Positions 57,409 to 64,000 of a stretch of 64,000 nucleotides of DNA are shown here, in pieces. A model generated the notes under the pieces. The model saw only the letters and a list, made by a program, of their open reading frames with translations, searched no databases and was not told the origin of the DNA. This DNA is from a virus. The translations under genes were made by a program, and so were the position numbers. The DNA lies in IMG/VR virus record IMGVR_UViG_3300049435_000050, positions 9,186 through 73,185 of that record. One strand, 5' to 3'. Within the stretch, counting starts at the first letter, position 1; every line of letters begins with the position of its first letter.

Positions 57409-58979
57409 TATTTAAATATACTTGAAACGTCAGTTACTTTCTTTGATTTAGTTTGCTGCTGTTGAACATGCTCATCACTGCCATAAACAGGCGTTGCCTC
57501 AAACTGCGATATCGCCTCTTTAAAAGACTTTTGGTTCTTTACGTTGGCAGGTATCTTATTATAGTCCATCAGGTAATTCCTTGTCTGTGACTTATCGTTA
57601 GGGTCAGGGCCTTCCAAAATAACCATACGTTTATACTTGGTAAGTCCCGGTGTATTTTCATATTGAGGACTTATAGGAGTTCCTGCTTTAATCGCACCAC
57701 CCGAAGTTTTATATTGTGGTATATCCCCAACGCCTGCTATCTTAAATGAGCTAAGAGGCGATAATCCCTGTGGTTTACCCCCTGTTGTTGCATCAATATC
57801 AGGCGAGGCGCTGAACGCCACTGATCCGCTTTTTACAGGAACCCAATTATGTACATTAAGGTTAAAGCCACCGTTTTCCTGCGCTGTAGCGTATGGTATT
57901 TGATTTACGTCCTGTGGTTCTATAGCGTTAGGATTGGGGGCGTTTTTAGCTGCTTTCTCTTTTGCTAAGTCTAACCGTTGCCTTGCAATATCTAAATTGG
58001 CTACCTTCTTTTGGTTAACCATGGCATCGAGTTTATCTGCTCCCTCTCCAAGTACCTTGCCATAGCCCGCATTTTGCTTTTGTACCAACTCCACCAGTTT
58101 ATCTTTAGCATGTGGATCAGCCGGATCAATATTAGCCGATTGCAATGTTGCAGCGAAATGCGGTTGCTGTGCATTCTGTATGATGTGATCGGCTATACTA
58201 TTTACCGTTGGCGTATCCGTTGGATAAATAGTGCCCCCATGTCCGTTAGGTTGCCCAAATGCATCCCCGACAGTGGGATTGATGCCATTCTGTTGTAAGT
58301 AAGGTGCAAATTCAGGCTCCCCCAATATAGTACTTAACTGCGATACATGACCATGCCTGTTGGGTACGGTTACGTTATACCCATTCTGCGTTACTTCGTT
58401 TGAAACAGGATGAGCCAACTTCAGTGCATCATTCAATCCTAAGTTTCTTTGTTCCAACGATGGTGGTGGTGTATATAATGCTTTTACAGGGTCTTTATAA
58501 TAAGCCTGTAGCCAATCCGTAGCTGCCTGTTTACTTTCGGGGGTATAGTTCTTACTCTTATCGGCTAAAGCTGTCCCTAAAGCCACGGCACGTACGTTAG
58601 CTTGGTGTGTAGACTTAGCTACGGTATTCAGGTCATTTGTTTGGCGTACAAAGTCAGGATTTGTAAAAGGGTCTTGCCCTGTTTGTGCGTGGTAGTCGGC
58701 GCCCTTACCTATAAGGTCGTCAAACTTGGGCTGTAGCCATTTGGTATACTCGTTAGCTATTTCAGGGGTTTTAAACTGGTATAGATGCTGCGCGTATTGG
58801 TCATTAGCATCTTGCTGTGCTTTAGCCAATGCCGCTGCCTGATTCCTGCGTTCCTGTGCCTTTTCATTAGCCAACTGCATAAAGTAGCCCACTGTCCTGC
58901 TTTGAGGTAAAACATAGGCCAATCCCTGACCCATACCTGATTGATCGCCTGTAAATCCGCCTAATTCTGCTGCATCCAT
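57408..58979 (-). CDS. Putative ejection (cargo) protein
   Basis: 523 aa, Q/A-rich helical; position in the podovirus ejection cassette. Confidence 0.6.
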   Translation of the reverse strand: MDAAELGGFTGDQSGMGQGLAYVLPQSRTVGYFMQLANEKAQERRNQAAALAKAQQDANDQYAQHLYQFKTPEIANEYTKWLQPKFDDLIGKGADYHAQTGQDPFTNPDFVRQTNDLNTVAKSTHQANVRAVALGTALADKSKNYTPESKQAATDWLQAYYKDPVKALYTPPPSLEQRNLGLNDALKLAHPVSNEVTQNGYNVTVPNRHGHVSQLSTILGEPEFAPYLQQNGINPTVGDAFGQPNGHGGTIYPTDTPTVNSIADHIIQNAQQPHFAATLQSANIDPADPHAKDKLVELVQKQNAGYGKVLGEGADKLDAMVNQKKVANLDIARQRLDLAKEKAAKNAPNPNAIEPQDVNQIPYATAQENGGFNLNVHNWVPVKSGSVAFSASPDIDATTGGKPQGLSPLSSFKIAGVGDIPQYKTSGGAIKAGTPISPQYENTPGLTKYKRMVILEGPDPNDKSQTRNYLMDYNKIPANVKNQKSFKEAISQFEATPVYGSDEHVQQQQTKSKKVTDVSSIFK

Positions 58980-58982
58980 TTG

Positions 58983-59672
58983 TTAAAATTGTTGCCAGCC
59001 TGTATAGTCAGGCATTTTATAAGGTGTGTAAGGTGTTTGATTGGCTGTTACAGGTGTAGCGTATGGACTGTTATATATTGGTTGCCCTGTGGGTTGCGCG
59101 GCCGTATTACCGCCTCCAAAAGCTGTAGCCGCCCCAATCGCTGATGATCCTATATCATCTAACCCACTGTAAAGGTTTTGCTGCCCTGCGCCATACATGG
59201 AACTTGCTAAATTAGCAGTGCGCAAATAAGGCTGTAACGTATTATTATTGTATAGTTGCTTCTGCCACTGCGCCTGATTACCCAATGCGCCCTGGTACTC
59301 CCCTAATGCATTTGCTTTGTATTGCGCTCCTTGCTGTGCCAGTTGGTTAGTTGCAGTGTTTGTACCCATCCCTATGCGTGTAGCTAAGTCCTGTATATCA
59401 GCCCCGCTTGTAGCACCTTGCTGTCCACGATAAAACTGCGAAGCGGAATTACGGTTAATATCATTACGTGCCTGAGCCTCACCGGGCATACCATTGGTAT
59501 AGTTACGTGCCGCCAAATCTGTGCTTAACCCCACTTCATAGGGCATTTCTTCAGGTGAAAAGATATTACTCTTTGCTAATCTTTCGGCCTTTGCCTTTTG
59601 ATTAGCGCCGTCTACGGCCTTATAAGTGCCCATTCCGACTGCTACTACGCCTGCTGCTATAACACCACTCAT
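58983..59672 (-). CDS. Putative ejection protein with hydrophobic Gly/Ala N-terminus
   Basis: MSGVIAAGVVAVGMG..., Q/A/G-rich. Confidence 0.62.
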   Translation of the reverse strand: MSGVIAAGVVAVGMGTYKAVDGANQKAKAERLAKSNIFSPEEMPYEVGLSTDLAARNYTNGMPGEAQARNDINRNSASQFYRGQQGATSGADIQDLATRIGMGTNTATNQLAQQGAQYKANALGEYQGALGNQAQWQKQLYNNNTLQPYLRTANLASSMYGAGQQNLYSGLDDIGSSAIGAATAFGGGNTAAQPTGQPIYNSPYATPVTANQTPYTPYKMPDYTGWQQF

Positions 59673-60100
59673 GTCCTGTTAATTATATAGTCCTTAAAGA
59701 TACGTTTTTCTATCGTTTCTAAATCACGGCAATTATCCTCGTTATAATGGTACGTTGTCCATATAGTGTCCTCTACTGCAAAACCACACCTGATTGTATT
59801 TTTCTCTGTTACTCCCCTATATGGTGCATCTATGTTTGTAAGCCCATCTTTTGTGCCTATCACTATCTTGCCCATAGACACCTCGTATGGATGTTGTGTC
59901 AAGTGTACCCTGCTTGTTAAAAAGGCACCTGCCGGGATAAACAATGACCTAATATACATTTTATCGGTGAAATCATGCCCTATTGGTAGCTCTCTTAATG
60001 GATTTACTGCCATTAATTGCTCCATTTCAATAAGGAACTCCATGAAACGTTGCTTCTTGCTAAGTTTTTTAGGCTTTACTTGTTCTAATATATCTATCAT
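59669..60100 (-). CDS. Cupin-like phage protein
   Basis: HDFTDKMYIRSLFIPAG..SRVH..H..AVEDTIWTTYH. Confidence 0.65.
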   Translation of the reverse strand: MIDILEQVKPKKLSKKQRFMEFLIEMEQLMAVNPLRELPIGHDFTDKMYIRSLFIPAGAFLTSRVHLTQHPYEVSMGKIVIGTKDGLTNIDAPYRGVTEKNTIRCGFAVEDTIWTTYHYNEDNCRDLETIEKRIFKDYIINRT

Positions 60101-60579
60101 TTTACTTTCTTCATATTTGCTATAGCGGCATCGTATGCGGCTTGGTTAACTCCATAATCTATTTTAGAACCATCGGATTGCGTTAATGCAGCACCAGGAT
60201 ACCTTTGTTGAGATGTTTTACTACCAAGCCACCCGTCTACAGGGCTTAAATTTGGCATTATCTCATCTGGGCCTTTTATACCATTTATTATTGTTGGATC
60301 TTGCTTGTACTTTTGTACTAACTGTTGCCTGTATGTTTGCAAATCGTTCTGAACATCCGGTACACGGTCGTAGGTCAAGGTGAAGTGCGGGTCTTGCTTA
60401 CGGTACTCATCCATAAGTTGCTGCCCCATATTGGTATCGCGGTTATCTAAGGCTGCACTCCCTTGTATGCCACGCTTTTTAAGGTAGTCTAAAAATCCAT
60501 TCCATTGCATTTTTTCAGCTATCGTAAGTGGTGGTTGCCCTGCGGTGGTTGTTGCTGCGGCTATTTGAGGTGTTTTCAT
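60097..60579 (-). CDS. Hypothetical virion-associated protein
   Basis: 160 aa; VDGWLGSKT resembles a peptidoglycan-binding motif end. Confidence 0.5.
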   Translation of the reverse strand: MKTPQIAAATTTAGQPPLTIAEKMQWNGFLDYLKKRGIQGSAALDNRDTNMGQQLMDEYRKQDPHFTLTYDRVPDVQNDLQTYRQQLVQKYKQDPTIINGIKGPDEIMPNLSPVDGWLGSKTSQQRYPGAALTQSDGSKIDYGVNQAAYDAAIANMKKVK

Positions 60580-61499
60580 ATTGAACGCTCGGTTGTTATA
60601 TAGTAGCTTTCCACTGAACTAATCTCGTGATATTGGGTATCTTGACACTCCAAGTCGACAATAAGCCATCCCCCTTGCATTTTTCTACCGCCAAATAAAG
60701 CATCTAATCTTCTCTGTGTCGGGTCGCTTATTGTTGCAAAGTTCGGGTCATTTACGTCATTTAAAATTGAACTCCAAAGTTTGTTATCAATCAGCTTAAA
60801 GTTATTCTTCTTTAGCTGACTAAGCATACCATTAGGAAACTGGTTACTGTCGGGCGTGGATATAGCAGGCATATACCACTTTCCTACCGCATCTAACCTG
60901 AAATTATAGTACAACTTCTCTTTTTGGTATTCAGGGTTAACAATGATGGTTAGCTTGGAAGAATACTGATCACCATAAAGGTTATTCTGAATAGGGTTAG
61001 TATTATGTACCCATAACTCACCTTGCTTCCAGCTTACAAAACTATCAATGAATTTAGCCATCGTATCGTTTTCATATTCGTAGTCTGCTGTCCATTTGTT
61101 GGCTTTATCGAAGAAACTTATCACCTGCGCTGATTGAGGGCCAAGTAATAAATCATAAAACTTTAATAGGCTAATACGTAAACTACCATCTGAAAAGAAT
61201 GACAGGGTAGTATCACTGGATTGGGTTAATGTTTGGGTATAAGTCCCGTTTGCGGTTCTGTTTGTTCCATTATTATCACCAGCTAATATTTTTACACCAC
61301 CCGAACTGTAGCTATCAACTGTATATGTAAAAACATAATCTGTGCCTACTACCAATCCAAAATCAGTCAAACTGATTATTTTACCTGATACACATGACCC
61401 GTGAATTGCATATTGACCATCTATACTCCAGCCGGTATCCGTAGCTGCCACTGGCGCATTTATAAACCCTGTCGTATTTTGTATGATTGTCAGACTCAT
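60576..61499 (-). CDS. C-terminal part of a crAss-like tail stabilisation (muzzle) protein, with N-terminal carbohydrate-binding-like domain
   Basis: VISFFDKANKWTADYEY..FVSWKQGELWVHN..NNLYGDQYSS..GRKMQG. Confidence 0.65.
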   Translation of the reverse strand: MSLTIIQNTTGFINAPVAATDTGWSIDGQYAIHGSCVSGKIISLTDFGLVVGTDYVFTYTVDSYSSGGVKILAGDNNGTNRTANGTYTQTLTQSSDTTLSFFSDGSLRISLLKFYDLLLGPQSAQVISFFDKANKWTADYEYENDTMAKFIDSFVSWKQGELWVHNTNPIQNNLYGDQYSSKLTIIVNPEYQKEKLYYNFRLDAVGKWYMPAISTPDSNQFPNGMLSQLKKNNFKLIDNKLWSSILNDVNDPNFATISDPTQRRLDALFGGRKMQGGWLIVDLECQDTQYHEISSVESYYITTERSI

Positions 61500-61501
61500 G
61501 G

Positions 61502-64000
61502 TCAGCTGTTGATTTGAATTGATATAAAACTCGTATCAGGCGTACTCGGCATAGAAAGATTAAATGTACCGCCCCCTGTAATACCTACCCGCGACGATAC
61601 TGTAACCCCATCTATAACCAAATCCAACCTCTTAGTTAAAGGTGCTCCTGCTGTAATGCCAACTGATATAGTTTGTGCAGCTATAGTTCCTGTAAAATCA
61701 ATACCTGTTGCTGAGTTCATAGCAGTAGGGAATGAGAATGCCGGTGCGCCAGTACACGTTAAATTAGTAAATGAACAGTTGTAACTTGCATCTAATATAA
61801 AGTTAAATGGTGGTACAGGGATATGACAATCTGTAGTATTTAATATTGTAGGTTGGAAATTAGTATTTACAACTCTATTTACCAACAATACCCATACACC
61901 GCTTACCCTCTTATACAATGTATCCGATAACCCGTTATACCATATATCACCGTCAGCACCACCAGAAGGTGTCACGTCGCTGTCGGGATAAAATGTTATA
62001 GTAGCCGTATTTGGCACGATCGCATCCGGGGAAATATTCTGAATATTAGGCATAATACGACCTGTAAGATTGCCTGTCCCTACATTTTGCTCTGTCAGGA
62101 CTTTCCATCCCTGCTGACCATTATTACTGCCGCTTGGTGCAAAACAGTAATCGGTAGCCGGGTCAATAATCCAATTAAGTGTTGGGTTTGGATCTTCAAT
62201 AACAGTAAAGCAGAATTTTATTATTGGGGTAAGGCTTGTGTCGGGTAGCGTTCCCTGAAAGGTAAAGAAGTCATCGCCTAACGTAGAAGTTCCTGTTATA
62301 GCGATTTGATTTGTCGTTATGGTAGCTGTGGCATTCGCTGGCTGTGCTATTATTGCCCATGTCGTGCCATTGGGATATAGGTCTAATGCCGTTTTCCAAT
62401 CATTAGTATAAAAATTGCCATTGAATATGTAATCTATGTAAGCAGGGATGGCCCAAACATCCTCACCGTTTGCCCTGTCATGCGCTCCCGTTATCTTAAC
62501 ATTATTCTTGGATATTTCAGATAGTATAGCCCTTGCTTTCTTATCAAACAGGTATAATTCTGAAATGGGTATACTGCCGTCTTGCGCGATACGGATAAAT
62601 ACACCTGAATTTGATGAAGCAAACTTCTGATAACTGCCATCATCAAGCCAACTTTCAGGATTATTACCTATACCGCCTTCCCATGATGAATATTGCAGGT
62701 CATTAAGTAATTCAGACGATGTTGTTAGCAACTGTGTGCCTGAGTTATCCTGTATAAGCCGTTTGGATACCGGCGACCATGTAGTCTTTAATTGCTTAAA
62801 AAAGTACACGTAATCACCTCGCATGCGCGACAATATAATAGCACCATATTGGTCATTATAGTCTTTCCTATCGAGATTATTAAAATCATTAAGTCCGTTT
62901 ATACGCGTTCCCTGTATATAATTATTTGAGAAACGTACCCGCTGAGTGAAATCAACAACACCAAACCCCTGATCCTGCGGGTATATACGCCCTGTACCAT
63001 AAAGATTGCTTTGATAAAAATCACTGAAGTTTGGATCGCAAATCTGATCTATGATAACTTGTGGATTTACCTTATCGCTATTCGTAGGCATAGCTCTGTT
63101 ACGCACATAAGCGTCTCCTTGTGATATTTGAATAATGGCCGGATAAGTAATTGGATCGCTTGGGTCTTGATTGGGAGAACCAGAAGCATTAGCTATATTA
63201 CCAACAAATCCCCCGTTAATTATAGGGTATTTCTGCTGAAAATCCATGAAATTTAAATAACCAACGTTATCCAAATTCTGTTCAGGACGATATATTTCTA
63301 TCAATGGTTGGACGCCTGCGGCAAAATTATATGTTGCAGGTGGGTTTTTAATGCGTATAACTCCCCTGGTATCTACGTATGAGAAGTTTGGGTATATAGT
63401 AGTTGAATTTGTGCCGCTCGCATAGGTGACGTTTGGCTGTATAGGCTCATCCAACACATAATCCGCACCTGAAACCCCTGTTATTAAACGCTGTACATCA
63501 TTAATCACTATAAATTTTCCAACATGCTGCAAGTCTGCTGTTACACTTGGAGTTACATTATTACTGGCGGGGCTTGGGACAGTTATATTAGAATTTACAA
63601 TTTCTACAACCCTGTCTGAATAACTTAATACCTCTGTTTCATAATAAGGTGTATATGGCGTAGCGGGCACGCTTGCTTCGTTTGAAATCAACCTTAACCT
63701 ATCGCCTCTTTTGAACTCATATTTTAATATCGTGTCGGGATGTATCTGCTGATAGGTGAAAAGACTACCTACTATCATATCGAGGTACGTATCCTCATTT
63801 GCTACCTCAACGGTGTTTACCTGCTGTATAAGCAACTGAATAAATGTAGCAGTATCATTCGTGCGTACCAATGAATAATATTTAGCCCAACTTGGCGGCA
63901 ATGATGTTATAGTTATAGTATGTATCGGTTGCTGCAGACCGATTATACTAACACCGTCAGCACCAAACTCAGTCTCAAATGGTGTCCTGATCAATAATGA
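61502..64000 (-). CDS. Tail stabilisation (muzzle) protein, probably truncated at the window edge
   Basis: PPSWAKYYSLVRT, VRFSNNYIQGTRINGLNDF, YGAI, GGIGNNPES; the frame has no stop codon up to the window end. Confidence 0.75.
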   Translation of the reverse strand, partial: SLLIRTPFETEFGADGVSIIGLQQPIHTITITSLPPSWAKYYSLVRTNDTATFIQLLIQQVNTVEVANEDTYLDMIVGSLFTYQQIHPDTILKYEFKRGDRLRLISNEASVPATPYTPYYETEVLSYSDRVVEIVNSNITVPSPASNNVTPSVTADLQHVGKFIVINDVQRLITGVSGADYVLDEPIQPNVTYASGTNSTTIYPNFSYVDTRGVIRIKNPPATYNFAAGVQPLIEIYRPEQNLDNVGYLNFMDFQQKYPIINGGFVGNIANASGSPNQDPSDPITYPAIIQISQGDAYVRNRAMPTNSDKVNPQVIIDQICDPNFSDFYQSNLYGTGRIYPQDQGFGVVDFTQRVRFSNNYIQGTRINGLNDFNNLDRKDYNDQYGAIILSRMRGDYVYFFKQLKTTWSPVSKRLIQDNSGTQLLTTSSELLNDLQYSSWEGGIGNNPESWLDDGSYQKFASSNSGVFIRIAQDGSIPISELYLFDKKARAILSEISKNNVKITGAHDRANGEDVWAIPAYIDYIFNGNFYTNDWKTALDLYPNGTTWAIIAQPANATATITTNQIAITGTSTLGDDFFTFQGTLPDTSLTPIIKFCFTVIEDPNPTLNWIIDPATDYCFAPSGSNNGQQGWKVLTEQNVGTGNLTGRIMPNIQNISPDAIVPNTATITFYPDSDVTPSGGADGDIWYNGLSDTLYKRVSGVWVLLVNRVVNTNFQPTILNTTDCHIPVPPFNFILDASYNCSFTNLTCTGAPAFSFPTAMNSATGIDFTGTIAAQTISVGITAGAPLTKRLDLVIDGVTVSSRVGITGGGTFNLSMPSTPDTSFISIQINS

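Larger units (their letters stand above)
1..64000. mobile_element. Bacteroidota-infecting bacteriophage genome segment with a crAss-like podovirus structural module
   Basis: Terminase, portal, endolysin, tail-fibre, muzzle-like and ejection-like proteins; dense small early ORFs; no bacterial housekeeping genes. Confidence 0.93.

Noticed and set aside
51983-58298. Plus-strand ORFs overlapping ejection genes
   Set aside because: Antisense shadows of long helical proteins
1-64000. Diversity-generating retroelement or retron
   Set aside because: No reverse transcriptase motifs and no template/variable repeat pair were seen
1-64000. Stop-codon reassignment as in some crAss-like phages
   Set aside because: Long genes are intact under code 11; TAA, TAG and TGA all end genes at tight junctions

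Overview
All 64 kb appear to be one dsDNA bacteriophage genome segment infecting a Bacteroidota host. The host call rests on TAnnTTTG-type promoters, A-rich leaders without Shine-Dalgarno sites, and signal peptides followed by Gln at +1. The morphogenesis module resembles crAss-like podoviruses: portal, terminase, GroES-like proteins, a split muzzle/stabilisation protein, large ejection proteins and tail fibres. No major capsid gene or virion RNA polymerase was recognised in the window. Layout: (1) a minus-strand block at ~1.8-18.4 kb with portal, terminase, a glycosyltransferase/methyltransferase cluster, primase-helicase, a lambda-O-like initiator, a DNA methylase and two RepL-like genes; (2) a divergence zone at ~18.4-20.9 kb with 22-bp-period iterons, a tRNA-like element and a truncated IS1595; (3) a plus-strand early/middle block at ~21-38.8 kb with two genes carrying near-perfect coding tandem repeats; (4) a minus-strand lysis, tail and ejection block at 38.9-64 kb. 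The best candidate for an undescribed system is a set of four tail-fibre/adhesin-like proteins that carry Sec signal peptides; two are rich in the Bacteroidota O-glycosylation sequon D-[S/T]-[A/I/L/V/M/T], and the phage also encodes its own glycosyltransferases. All family assignments come from motif recognition by eye; no database searches were run.
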